Source of the DNA: the human T2T-CHM13v2.0 reference genome, Homo sapiens
DNA length: 64,000 bases
Direction: 5' to 3' (one strand)
Assembly (NCBI RefSeq): GCF_009914755.1
Contig: NC_060930.1
The notes beneath the pieces were generated by a model. It did not search any database. It was given only the letters and a program-made list of their open reading frames with translations, and was not told the origin of the DNA. The position numbers were made by a program, and so were the translations under genes. Each line of letters starts with the position of its first letter. Position 1 is the stretch's first letter. Shown here in pieces: positions 40,280 to 62,885 of this stretch.

Positions 40280-41389
40280 GTAGGAACGTGGGCGCGCGGG
40301 GGGCGCGCGGGCGCGCGGGCCTGGGCCGCTCTGCGGCTCTGGGCCAGGGCTTCGGGGAGGTGGCGGCTGCTGTGCAGCAGCGGGTGGGAAATGCCCTCGC
40401 GGCTGCAGTCCCCAGCCTGGTACTGGCCTGGAGGTTTGACCATATGTAGCTTCAGCGTGGCTCTCCATGGGACAGTTAACTTTCTCCACTCATGAAGTTG
40501 TTTAAGCGTCTCCCCGGCCATAACAACTTTCTGAAGAGAGTCATTTTATTTTTAGTCCACATTGCCTCTGCCTTTTGCTTCTCAACTTTTTGCTCCCAGA
40601 TTGCGATTCTTCTCTCAAAGACATGATATATTTTTTCTAACCAAGATGTCTCAACCTTAGCATTGCCAAAGTGTGGCGGAGGGGACTGATGTATGGGTTC
40701 AGGGGCAGACATTATAGGAAGAAAACAACAGCACCCAATAATGGCAAGCCCCATTCATTCCTAAAGATTTCTGTAGTTGAGCCCTAACCCCTAGTTATAG
40801 CAGAGAAAGTGCTGCTTTAGTGACTTCTTTTATGATTCGCTATACCTGGAATTTTCACCAGTTGTAGTTTATTTTCAAATGGTATATTTCAATCAATGGT
40901 ATTGGTTAAATAATTTTTTACCCTCGTTGGGCAGCTACTCAAGGATAAAGGTTTGAATAAGAAACAGGCAAAATCTTAGTTAAAAAATAACAACAACAAC
41001 AAGAAAATAATCACGCTGGGATAAGGTCCTCTGTAAAGGAGAAGCTTAGAGACTTTTGCTTTGCCAATAACTCCATTATGCCCCGGTGCAAGCCATTTAC
41101 ATCATGGTTCCTTCTGTGCGGTTCGTGGTTTATAAAATGGAAATAATAACACAGGCCTTCCTCTAGTAGTGATGCATGAATTACTGCATTAAAATTGATT
41201 TATGGGAATTATTGTTGTTTCAGTAGCATTTCAATTCAGTTGCCAAATAGAGCAGTGGGCAATGTTAACGGAAACAACTGCAATTGGCGCAGTATGGAGT
41301 GCCTATCGCACTAGGAAATCTGAGGGTCACAAAAGAAAGGAGATGTGAGGATAAGAAACTTTGTTTTTCCCTTGTTGGGAACTCTTTAG
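40280..41389 (+). other. CD109: CD109 intron 1 (1110 nt, GT-AG)
   Basis: GT at 40280, AG at 41388-41389; joins two exons in frame. Confidence 0.95.
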
Positions 41390-41562
41390 GCCTCGGTTTC
41401 TGGTGACAGCCCCAGGGATCATCAGGCCCGGAGGAAATGTGACTATTGGGGTGGAGCTTCTGGAACACTGCCCTTCACAGGTGACTGTGAAGGCGGAGCT
41501 GCTCAAGACAGCATCAAACCTCACTGTCTCTGTCCTGGAAGCAGAAGGAGTCTTTGAAAAAG
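41390..41562 (+). CDS. CD109: CD109 exon 2 (G-PRFLVTAPGIIRPGGNVTIGVELLEHCPSQVTVKAELLKTASNLTVSVLEAEGVFEK-G), start of alpha-2-macroglobulin-family MG1 domain
   Basis: Pyrimidine tract and tttag| acceptor at 41389, donor AAG|gtaaga at 41563; 173 nt, phase-compatible with exon 1 (GG+G=Gly); lies within ORF 41361..41618; N-glycosylation sequons N41 (NVT) and N68 (NLT). Confidence 0.97.
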
Positions 41563-42349
41563 GTAAGATAAACAGCATAAAGTCTTACCCTTCTGCAGTA
41601 ATAACTGGAATATGTTAATAAGGTCATGTGTTAGGTAGTATAGCAGAGAAACCCCAAATTTGCAGTATCTTACCTAATATACTTTTAATTCTCACTCATG
41701 TAAAGTCCTAGATGGTGTTCCTGGATGCTCTTCCAAGTGCAGATTCAGAGACCCAGTTTCCTTCCATTTTGTGGCTCCATTATCATCACTTGGCTCCCAA
41801 GACTGCAGGGGAAGATCATGGAGTTTCTTCATGGGAGAAGGGGAAGAGGATGGGAAGAGCATATGGAAGGTTTTTATGGGATAGGCCTAGAAATAGCTTA
41901 CATCACTACTGCTCATATTCACAGGCAAGGGAGGCTGGGAAGTGTAGGCTAATGTGTGCCCCAGAAGAGGAAATGGGCTAGTCTCTAACACAAAACCATA
42001 TTTATTGAGTGCAAAGTATTTTACAGAATAGGCCTGTAGGAAGGAAAGGAAAAGCTACACAATAGTTAAAATCCAGTTTTATGGAATATTTCTTAAGTTT
42101 TAAAGTAACAAGAGAAAAAAAGAAAATAGTGTGAAAGTGGGAGCCATTTGTAGCAGAACCAAGTTTGGTTCTTGTTTCAAGTTTGGGTTCTGACATGGCC
42201 CAAGATTAAATTGGGCCAATGAATGTCTTCTTTTTCAGTGCTAAGGGAAAAATAATTTTGGGAGGAAGAGGTAAATACTTAAATACTTAAAACATTTTTC
42301 ATTAAAATGAACTTTTATTGCATTTTTTTCTTTTTTTAGATTCTTATAA

Positions 42350-42490
<141 letters not shown>

Positions 42491-43204
42491 TAATGTTAAG
42501 AGTTATTTAAAAAAAAAAATTTAAGGCACGTAATGAAGGGTGGTTGGTATTCATTACATAAGTGTTTATTCTCTACAAGCGTAGAGAAATGAACACCATC
42601 ATGAAATGAAATAAAAGTAAAAGTTTATCTGCATCTGTGGTTCTTTCCCCACTGGAAGTTCACTGGGTAGGTATATTTGGAATAGGAGTCAGGAAGAGAT
42701 GGTGTGTGTAGGGGCAAGTCACTTTTGTCCCTCATAGAAGCAATGTCAGGGAAGTGGGAGGTCTTATTTCCCTGGAGGGGAAGTATAGGTTAGCCCTTAA
42801 GATCTGAGTTTGAATCCTGGTACTACTTTGCTACTAGTTGTATGATCTTAGGTAGGTTACTTAACTGCTTTGAGCCACAGTTTCCTTGTCTATAAAATGG
42901 AAATAATGAAACTGATTTCCCAGGGCAGTTATAAAGTTAAAATCTGTATATAGTACCTCTTAGGCATGCAATAAACAACAATTGCTAATATTATTAGTGT
43001 AATAATACTGCAGAAGAGGATGCAGAAAGTCCATTTCCTTTTTACATGGGGGCAGACTTCAACTTTCGTTATTGGACTATCATTTCTGAAAATGAATGAC
43101 CCCTGATCTTATGATAGTCGCTAAAGAAAATATTGAAATATTAAATCACAGGACATAATACTTAAGGTAGTTCCACATTCATTATTTATTCATTAAGAAT
43201 TTAT

Positions 43205-43364
43205 GAGTGGGAAGAGGGAGGGTATTAAAAAACCACCTATTGGGTACCACACTTATCACCTGGATGATGAAATAACATGTACACTAAAGCCCTATGACAG
43301 GCAATTTACCTATATAACAAACCTGCACGTGTATCCCTGAAACTAAAATAAAAGTTAAAAAAAA
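43205..43364 (+). mobile_element. Short 5'-truncated L1PA/PB 3' end
   Basis: tataacaaacctgcacgtgtatccctgaaactaaaataaaagtt + A tail; TSD aagaatttat (43195-43204, 43365-43374). Confidence 0.85.
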
Positions 43365-44663
43365 AAGAATTTATAATATTGGCTCCACTAGTGTGGCAGT
43401 TTTCCTGCAATGCAGAGATCCAGAATATATATGGATGTTTTTGATAAATATTTGAGCTTTGCTTGGACATTTACATACTCTAATTCTAGAATTTCACCTG
43501 TTAGGTCTTTTCTGTGATCTCTGTTATCAGTCTCTCTTTTTTTTTGCAACAAATAGTACCTACATTGGGGTGCATGTTGTTGTGGCTTGGTTTTCAGCTT
43601 TATTCTTAGATCTTCTTTTGGGAGAAGGGTTCCTTGTATGCCCATAGGAAAGTTCAAGTACTCAAGACTGGGGCGGGCAAAGCTGTCCTGGGAGCAGAAT
43701 GGATCTGTGGGAAGGAAGGAGGGAAAACGCTGCTTCTTTCATGGGCTGTTTTTGACTCTATTGACATAGAGTTTCATTGAAAATGCCATTGCTAGGAGCA
43801 CTCTCCTGTTTCAAAGGAGAATGTTACTGTATTATCAGAGGCTGGGAGTTATTGTTCTCAGAGCAGATGCTTCCTGTAATGTGAGGACTTGAGGATCAAG
43901 ACACTTCTCCCTGCTTGTCTTCACATCCTTTGCTTTATCTGGCTTCTCCAGTTGTAACAATATGTAGATAAACCAGGACTTCTAAATCAGGGGTCTGGAT
44001 CTTCAAGTATCTGGATGTGGATTCATGTTTTGTTTTTTCTCCATCACATAAACACCAAACACCAACAAATAAATACCTTTTATTTTTAAGGGACAGAGTC
44101 TCACTCTGTTGCCCAGGCCAGAGTGCAGTGGTGAAATCATAGCTCACTGCAACTTGGAATTCTTGGGCTCAAGTGATCCTGCTGTCTCAGCCTCCTGAAT
44201 CAGCTGGGACTACAGGCAAGTGCCAGCATGCTAGGTTTAAAATTTTTTTTTTTTTGTAGAGATGGGGTCTTGCTATGTTGCCCAGACTGGTCTTGAACTC
44301 CTGGGCTCAAGCGATCTTCCTGCCTCAGCCTCCCGAAGTGCTGGGATTATGGGTATGAGCCTGATTGTTTCATTTTCCTATGAGCCACCCCCAGCCCCCC
44401 AACAGAAGGTTGGTTTTAATAAAGATTTATCTTCTAGTAAAGTTGGGTAAGGCAGTAGACTGTGTCTTAGTAGCTTATTTCCAGCAGTTTTGGATTTCTT
44501 AGAAATCCTCAGGATAGGGAGGTGTTTTACCCAAACCACAATAGATTTCTGGCTCAATTTGTGTTGGAAATAGTAATAACTAAATTGTTCAAATGGAGAA
44601 TGTATTTAATAAAGGTGAAAAAGTATGGCATTTCTTCAGGGAAGAGTTCATTTGTTTGTTTGA

Positions 44664-44996
<333 letters not shown>

Positions 44997-46589
44997 TAGC
45001 CAGGTTGGTCTTGAACTCCTGACCTCGTGACCTGCCTGCCTCGGCCTCCCAAAGTGCTAGGATTATAGGCGTGAGCCACCGTGCCCAGCGATTATGGGCT
45101 TTTTTTTTTTTTTGGTGAATAATAGACCTTTAGAAAAAGTATTTCTGCTACACTTTGCAGAGTTCTGGTAAGGTGTATCAATGCCTTTCTAGTAGTGAGA
45201 TTCAAAAGATTGCTTGTCACTGTTACCACTGTCACTGCCTCTACCACTATCAGCATCATTGCCATCAGCTCCATAGTGATTAGAACTATGTTCCTAATCT
45301 TATCTTCCTTTGCATAAAGAGTTAGTTAAATAAACATAACTGGCAAAACGTAGTAAAAGTTCAGCAGGTAATAATTACCAGAGGAAAGAAGATGGCACAG
45401 CTATTGGCATTTAAAATCAAGTCAGATTACTGTTTTGGGTGGAGAGTGAGTCTGTCCCTTTGTCTCTTCCCATATTTTTTTTCTCTTTCCTTACTGTGAA
45501 AGGAGTTCCTTGCCAAATCAAGAAAAAAGAAATTAAGAACATTTTGAGAACTGTCCTCTCATCTGTTAAGGCATATAAAATAATTTAATTTTCGTGATGT
45601 CCTTGAAACCATAATTTCTGTTTTATTTTCCCTTCTCTTGCTACAATTTGACATTTTCATTTGTAAACTTTCAGTAGTTTTCCTGAACAAGAGTCACTTC
45701 AAGTAATAAAGAATATAACCTTTCTCCCTCATTAATGAATTCATCATCATTAGTTTCATGTAAACCTGATTTAAGAAAAAATGCTAGAGGCTGAGTGCAG
45801 TGGCTCACAACCGTAATCCCAGAGCTTGGGAGGCTGAGGTGGGAGGATTGCTTGAGCCCAGGAGTTTGAGACCAGCCTGGACAACACAGTGAAATTCTAT
45901 CTCAAAAACAAAAACAAAAGAACCCTTAAAACCAAAAACTCCCAAAAACCTAAACTGAAAATGCCTACTGAAATTTTGGGAACTCTGCATGGGCGTCTCC
46001 AGGTGAGTGCCTGCTGGTTTGGGGGCACCATTTTTTAAATGCTGCCAATCCTACTTCCATCTTCCCATTGAGTTACTGGGGTGGAATGTGCTCTATAAAT
46101 GTGTCTGTAACTCGCTTTTTCTTTTTGCCCTAAAATCCTGGAGAGTTAATGGAGTGTTAACCTTTTTTTAAAGATTTTTTAAAAAATCTATTTTTTCCTT
46201 TGTTGTCTTTCTCACATTGACTATGATATATTTTATTTTCCATCTTGGCTCAGTAAGGGTGGGAAATTTTTAAAAATTGAGATATTAGCTGAAAAACTTA
46301 AAAAATCATCCAATTTGGTTTGGATGGTTTTCTGGTGGAAACAAAGCTCCTGAACATGCATTTCATGCCTCGTAGATAAAAATCAGTCCCATGGTCTTTA
46401 TGAAAGTAGATTAATTAGTGTAGTGTGTGGGCAGATCTCCCAGAGCAGGTTTTCACAGGCAGCTTTGCCAACATAACTCAGTCTGAACCTGCAGTTATGT
46501 TAGAATTATTTTTAAAGGGTGTAGGCTTTTCATTCACACATCGTCTTTGTTCTTGTGTGTGATGTATATTAACAGGTAGGTGGTACCTG

Positions 46590-46845
46590 AGAATAAAGGA
46601 CCACAGCATAATCACGATGTGCCTGGGCTCTGGAGCCTGGCTACCTGGGCACAGGTGCTGGCCATTCCACTTAGTGGTTGTGTGGCTGTGGGCAGTCATG
46701 ATCTCACTAGGCTTCAGTTTCATCATCTGAAAAATAGTGGTTTCTGCCTTATACAATTATATGGATATTGTGAGGATTAAATGAGGTAACATATTCAAGG
46801 CACTTAACACAAAGGAATTATTCAAGAAAATGGTAGCTATTGTTA
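46590..46845 (+). mobile_element. MIR (other MIR remnants at ~3390-3555, 42790-42995, 47000-47170, 62265-62490)
   Basis: gcttcagttttcatcatctgaaaaat...gtgaggattaaatgagg MIR core. Confidence 0.7.
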
Positions 46846-47839
46846 CTAGAAGAGAGTAGCAACAGTTTATGTCAAAGGCAATTATTAATCACCTATTGTG
46901 ACAATCTTGAACCGGGAACTCTATAAAAGACACATCCCTAGGAGGGGATTGGAAGGGATTTAACATATTAAATATCCAGTTTCCTCATAGTGCCAAGGAC
47001 TTTATGCACTATATTTAATTTTAACAACTTGATGAAGTAGATACTCTTGTCTTCATTTTGGAGGTGAGGAAATTGAGGCAAAGAGAGAAGAATTAGTTTT
47101 TCTGAGTTAACCCAGTTAGTAAATGGTGAAGCCTGAATTTGAAGTTAGTTGTATCTGAGGTCCAGAGACCATAAGGTTTTCTATTGCTGGGAAGAGAGTG
47201 AAGTATTTTTATTTCCTTGATTTTGGGATATTGATGCAATGTTGCAGTTGTCTTCCACTAAAATCATTTTCACATTTGCTTGCAGTAGATAGACCTGGAT
47301 CTAATGAAATCTAATTTGAATCGAAAGAATTACACAATGAAATGCCAGCTCTCCTCTTAATTTACTTTCAGCCTCATAGAGTTTTGGAGCTGGAGGGGAC
47401 CTCAAAGATAAGCAAATTCAATAGCCTAATATATGGCTGGGAGACTGAGGTGAGGCATGGGATCTGGGGATTTTCCCAAGGTCAAATCACTTATTGGTGG
47501 CAGAGCTGGAAACAGATTGCAGTTTCCCAAATTTGCAGTCCAGTGCTATTTCCAGTATACTCTACGAAAGTTTCCTAACATATGGAGAGCTGAGCTTAAG
47601 ACCTAAGATATATTTACAAATGCTGATTCTTCTGATATGGAAGAAAATAAGGCTAACTAAGGAGTTTAAAAATGCTTACTTGCATACTGTGAAAGTTTCT
47701 TATTTTAGCTCAAGGTGGAGTTGCTCTTTATGCACTATTTGTTCTGTATAAGGGGTGGGGGCTGGGTTAGAAGCTTCATAGACCTTTTAAAAACTAAATT
47801 CTGTTGCTTTGTTTCTCAGAGTCCAAATTGTATTTATTA

Positions 47840-48166
<327 letters not shown>

Positions 48167-51100
48167 TCAAAAAAAAAAAAAAAAAGAGAATCTAACCTTT
48201 ATGTTCCACCATGACCACAGGTGATTCTTAGTCACATTAGAATGAGAACAACTGCCCTTTGGTATCTCACAAATTGTACTCGACCAAATACTGGAAAGCT
48301 CGAGGGTGAGTAGCATGCCCCTGCAAGCCTGTGATGATTCATGGCGGCGGAGGGAAGGCTCCTCGTGGACTTTCATGTTTGCTTTTAAGCAACCCTCAAC
48401 CCTAAGCGCTGGTGTTCATTTTCAGCCGCAGAGAAACATGACTTGGGGTTTGATTGTGAATCAACGATTGGGTGAAGTTAAAAGTGAACACACTGATTCT
48501 TTAAACTCCAAGTTAAACATGTGCTGCTCCTCTTCTAGCACTGGATGAGTCACTGTCCTAGTGACTCACTGAAGGATTGTGGTGGAAATAGAAAACAGAT
48601 CCCATAAGAATTTGGGCTGGGTTACTGTTGATCCTTTATGTCCTGTGAAGAGGGCTTTATAATGCTGAAACTAGTTGTTTCCCCACAGACATTTCTTCTC
48701 ATTAATGTATTATTTATTGATTATTTGCTGTATGTGAAACATGAATGAATGGGGAGTGGGGAATAAGAGAAAGGCAGGCACTGGAGGACATTCAGAGGTC
48801 CCAGAAGGATAATATAATATTAAAAGTGCAGAAGGCTAGAGGAGTTTTTATTTTTTGTATAAAAAATACAATGCGTTTTGTAAATAGTGCTTCTTGTATG
48901 TGAGCCTGTGCCTGGTACTATTATCTTTTACTTCCAGAGCTATACAGATGTCCATTCATAAATGTCCCACCTCTGCTGACATATTTGGCCTTTGGAGGGA
49001 ACAGTTACTTCACGTACTAGAGACGGGAAGGGTGTGCCGGAGGAAAGAGCTGCTGGCTGGTGTGGCAGTTATGAAAAGGAGATAGGGGTTTGTGTATATA
49101 TTTTCTAAAAAGATGTTTCATTCTGCTTTGGATATGAGTTTGGGGAGACATCCAGGTGGAGATGTCCAGCAGATAGTTTTGAAATTGCAGCTGGGGAGAG
49201 AGATTTAGGCATTATTTTCATAGAGGCAGACAATATTTTGAAGTCCTGGAAATACATAAGATGCACAAGAGAGACAGAGCTCATGGAAAGAACAAGTCTT
49301 TTGAGAGAAGCTTGGAAAGAGGAAAATAAGTTAATGAAGGGAAAAAGACCAGACACAGTGGCTCATGCCTGTAATCCCAGCAACTTGGGAGGCTGAGGTG
49401 AGCAGATCGCTTGAGCTCAAGAGTTTGAAATCAGCCTGGACAACATATTGGAACCTCATCTCTACTAAAAATAAAAAAAAGGTAGCTGGACGTGGTGACA
49501 TGTGCTTGTAGTCCCAGCTACTCAGGAGGCTCAGGCAGGAGGATTTCTTGAGCTACAGTTATAGTGCCGTTGTACTCTAGCCTGGGTAACAAAGCATGGC
49601 CCTGTCTCAAGAAAAAGAAAAGAAAAGAAAAGAAAAGAAAAGAATAGAATAGACAACGAGCAATCAGAGAAGGGTAAATTGAAAATGTCTCAGAAGCCAA
49701 GGGAAGAAGAAGTTCCAAGAAGGAAGGTTTAATAGTTAATAATCAATTCTCTCAGGTCAGAGAAGAGGAGGACAGAGGAAAGAACATTGGTGACGCTTAA
49801 GTAAATGGCTTTAAGTTGAATGTTGGAAGCAAAAGCAAATTTGAGGGAATAAATGGATGGTGAAAAATATAATCAAAATTTATTCTTTCCAGAAGTTTGG
49901 TAGTTGAAAGGAGAGAGGTGGACGGTCTCTCAAAAGGCACATTAGAAAGGTGAAAGTGGTTAAGGCAAAGGAGAGGGTGGATAATTCCTGGGTTAGAAGT
50001 GGTGAGATCAGTATTGGGGCAGAGGCAAGTGGATTATCCTTAAAAAACCCTCATACTTTCTTCTTTGAAGAAAGAAAGAAATAGAAGAGAATCATTAAGG
50101 AAAGAAATATTTTGAGGTATGAAATTGAGATGAAGAATAAAATTGAAATACAGTTTTAGGAAAACTTATTTACCGACTTGTAAATTGCACAGATCTGGCC
50201 ACCACTTTATAGGAAATGGGGGTAAAAGTTAAAAGTAGTGGCAGACCAGAATGAGAAACACAGGACTGGAGATCTTCCCTGGTGGTGCCCTAAACTGGGT
50301 CACCGCTGGATTGTAGGAAATTAGAATACAGGGGCAGGAAGTCATATTTGTATCTGGGAGAGCTAACACAGGGAGGAGAGAGAAGAGGAAAGGGCTGTTT
50401 ACGATGAAGATATGCCTCAGTTGAAGCTCGAGAGGACTGGGTGGAGTTACTTTATTACTGCCATGGTTGTCAGTGAATTTGTAATTCACTCTTAGTGTGG
50501 GCCAAGATGACCAAGGTGCAATGATAAAACTTGTCTAGGAGGATTAAAGTGGATCTTGGTCTTGCTCTATCTCTTTCACTCTTCACTTACCTCGGAGAAT
50601 TCTATGAGGAGACTTTCTTCCGTTGCAAGGCTCAGGGTGAAATTGGTCAAAGATTTGGTGGAGGGGGTAGCAGTAGGTAGGTAGATGACAGGTCTATAGG
50701 TTGTTAGTTCTGAAGAAACGATTCATAAATTAAAATCCGAAAACCAGACTGGTAAAGAGCTTGGAAATAAATGAAGAGGAAAATTTTTAAAGAACACCTA
50801 GTAGCTCCCTTTTGGCAGGGCTGTGTTAGGAATTTACATTTATGAAAATATAGCTGGCAGAAATGATTTAGTATTACAAACTTAAGTTTCACTGCAATAT
50901 ATGTTAAAGCTCCTCAGGAATATAGATAAGACAGGGAATTTATTATTCTGAGCAATTCAAATTTATTCAGCACCAAATTGCCTATGGCACAATGCTGGGT
51001 GACATAAATATTTGGTGACCACATGAGGTTCCTGTGCCTGTGCTCTTCGCAGGGAAGCAGAGTAGGCTTCATTTGATGTGTCCTCCCACGTTGATTATAG

Positions 51101-51610
51101 AGGCTTGTTCGGGTGCCGTGTTGACAGTTTCAAAGTCAAGCGTGGGTTTACTGGACTAGAGAACTGGATGAATTAGCTGTGTCTGCCATGGCCATGGGAG
51201 TTGGGGAGTGTGGTATGAATGCTGCGAAGGATTCTGTAGCCCATCCATAAACTTTATTTATGGATCAGTTGAAGAGGAATGGTCTAAGAGGAACGGTTAT
51301 CTACGTAGCTACATAGGGGCTTGAGGTAGTAACAACATGGATAAGAGAGAACAGACGAAAGAGTGGGTGTATCCAAATAGTAAATGAGAGTGGAGTAAGC
51401 TACAGAGGAGGAACAAGGAGGGAAGGGATATGAGGTTATGTTTGCACTACTGTTTTGGAAGGAATAGCTGGGTCTGTCCTGCACTGTTTGGGAGGCACAG
51501 TGGGTTAGAATGGGTGCTCAGGAACCACACTGAAATTGAACCCTAGCATCACCTAATAGTAGTACCCACCTCGTAGCATTGTTGAGAGGATTAAATGAGA
51601 TAATACTTAA

Positions 51611-51854
51611 GAGCTGTATCATCCAATATGGTAGCTACTAACCACATGTGGTTTTTGAGCACTTGAAATGTGGCTCATACAAATTGAGATGTGCCAGGAG
51701 TATAAAATACATAATGGATTTTGAATACTTAGTTCCAAGAAATGCAATAAAACTTATGATTTTAAAATAATGATTTCATGTTCAATGTTAATATTTTGGA
51801 CATATTGAGTTAAATAAAATATGTTATTAAAATTAATGTCACCCAATTTTTTCT
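51611..51854. mobile_element. MER33-like fragment, target of the L1PA insertion (resumes ~54487-54530)
   Basis: tccaatatggtagctactaaccacatgtgg...ttgagcacttgaaatgtggct; similar to reverse complement of copies at 2640-3284 and 62590-62885. Confidence 0.75.
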
Positions 51855-51948
51855 TTTTTTGGCACATAAAAGACACCTAATTTAATAAATATTAGTTATT
51901 ATTTTCTCTTTTATTATGCAGTTAAGAACTTTGATTTAAAATTGTTAT

Positions 51949-54522
<2,574 letters not shown>

Positions 54523-54743
54523 TAAAACATTTATCACAATGCTTGGTACATAGAAGACACCGAGGGAATGTTAACTATGTTGTACCTGGTGTTTCTCAGT
54601 ATCAGATATTAATACTGATGCCTGACCACAAGCCTGTGGCATGAGTCCAAGTCTCCCTGCTGATGACTCATTTTGGCTTAGGTAGATCTTCACCCTTATC
54701 CCTTATCCCTTGAGGAAGAAGAAAATCTCCCTAAAGAGAGCCA

Positions 54744-55079
54744 CAGGGGTCGGCAAAATTTCTGTAAAGGGCCAGATGTTAAGCGTGTAGGTTTTGCCAA
54801 CCTTCAGGTCTTTATTACAGCTGCTCAACTCTGCCTTTATAGCTCGGAAGCAGCTGTAGACGGTTCATAAACAAATGAGCATGGTTGTGTACCAGCAGAA
54901 CTTTATTTATGGATGCTGAAATTTTGAGTTCATATAATTTTTACTTATCATGAAATATTCTTCTTCTTTTGATATTCCCCCCAGCTATTTAGAAATGCAA
55001 ACCCATTCTTAGTTCATGAACTGTACAAAAAACAGGCGTGGGCCAGACTGGATCTGTAGGCTGTGGATTGCTGACCCTG
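54744..55079. mobile_element. MER58B-like hAT DNA transposon
   Basis: Terminal inverted repeats caggggtcggcaaa ... ttgctgaccctg; ctgtaaagggccaga. Confidence 0.8.
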
Positions 55080-55517
55080 CCATTAAAAATGCCCTGTACA
55101 TTTAGCAGCCAAGAACCTTGCTTGACTCTGGGTTTTTCATTTGTACTTAACCTAACATTTGCTTTATAGTGTACCATTTTATTTATTTTACTTTTAGTAG
55201 GTTTGTGTTTGACCTGCTTTTTTTTTTACTCAATGTTTGTGTTTAACCTGCTTTTTTTTAGACAATGGAAGAAAACTTTGTTTATGAAACTCAAATTTAT
55301 TAAGATATTTGTAAGCAAAGGGAAATAAGAGAGAAAAATATAAAAGGAGTATGTAAGGGACCAAAGGAGATTTTTTGTTTGGTTTTGTTCTGCTCAGAAT
55401 ACTTGTGTTTTCTGTGTAGACTGAATTTACCCAATAGTTTTTTTGCCTTAAAGTGACATTAAACTGTGAAGCAGAAACATTGTATTTTTAAAATCGTACT
55501 TTAAGTTTTTAAAATAT

Positions 55518-55700
55518 TTTATTTTTATAGATTTAGGGGGTACATGTGCAGTTTTCTTACATGGATATTTTGGGTAGTGGTGGAGTCTGGGCTTTTAGTA
55601 TAAACATCAGCCAAATAGTGTATGTTGTATCCATTAAGTCATTTCTTATCCCTTACCTCCCTGCCATATGAATCTCCAATGTCTATTATTTCACTCTCTA
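55518..55700 (-). mobile_element. L1PB-like 3' fragment
   Basis: gggggtacatgtgcagttt...gtagtggtggagtctgggcttttagt. Confidence 0.7.
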
Positions 55701-55715
55701 AAAAATATTGTATTT

Positions 55716-62225
<6,510 letters not shown>

Positions 62226-62589
62226 GCATACAACTTTTTTTTTTTTTATATTCAGAGTCAGTGCAGAGCAGTGGTTTAGAGCTCAGGCCCATGAGTCAGG
62301 TGGTCAGGGTCAGAAGCTTGGCCCCACTACTTTTTGTCTGTGTGACCCTGGGAAAGTCATTTCACATGTCTATGTCTCAGTGTTCTCATTTGTAAAATAA
62401 GGGTAATAATACTTAATAGTATTGTTGTGAGCTTTAAACTCAATGTATGTAATGCTTTAGAACACTCTGTAAGTGGTATGTACTATTATTATTATTTTAT
62501 TCATATAACTAAAAAATTGTATTCTGTCTGATCTGTTGGTTGTTTCATTGTTGCTAAACACAAATTTAAGTCTTCTATCCCCGTGACCA

Positions 62590-62885
62590 GTTCTGTCCAA
62601 TACAAGTATAAGTCAACTACATAAGTTATTGGCAATTTTCTAGTAGCCGCACTAAAAAAGAAAGAGAAACAGGTGAAATTAATTGTAATAATATATTTTA
62701 TTTAACCCAATAATTTACAAGTATTATTAGTTCAGCATTTAATCACTATAAAATTATTGACATGACATTTTACATTTTTTTGGTTGTAAGTCTCAGAAAT
62801 ATGGGGTGTATTTTACACTTGCTGCTTATTTCAGTGGCTCAATAGCCACATGTATTTAGAGGCTCCTGTATGTGACTGAGCAGCT
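62590..62885. mobile_element. MER33-like DNA transposon
   Basis: ttttctagtagccgcactaaaaaag...aaacaggtgaaattaatt; ctcaatagccacatgt. Confidence 0.65.

Larger units (their letters stand above)
39670..40410. promoter_or_regulatory. CD109: CD109 CpG-island promoter, 5' UTR and start of intron 1
   Basis: Abrupt rise in GC and CpG outside any repeat; no canonical TATA box seen; ETS-like ggaagt (~39879), AP-1 tgactca 39742-39748, FOX-like gtaaaca (~39849); spans the ATG. Confidence 0.9.

Noticed and set aside
40094-40521. 120-138 aa ORFs over the CpG island
   Set aside because: Stop-poor GC-rich sequence overlapping the true exon 1 in other frames or strand.
41361-41618. 85-aa ORF as a stand-alone gene
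   Set aside because: It is CD109 exon 2 plus flanking intronic codons; starts at TTG in the pyrimidine tract.
45205-45275. Degenerate (CAC/CAT)n triplet-like stretch
   Set aside because: Decayed simple repeat; no splice signals or coding support.
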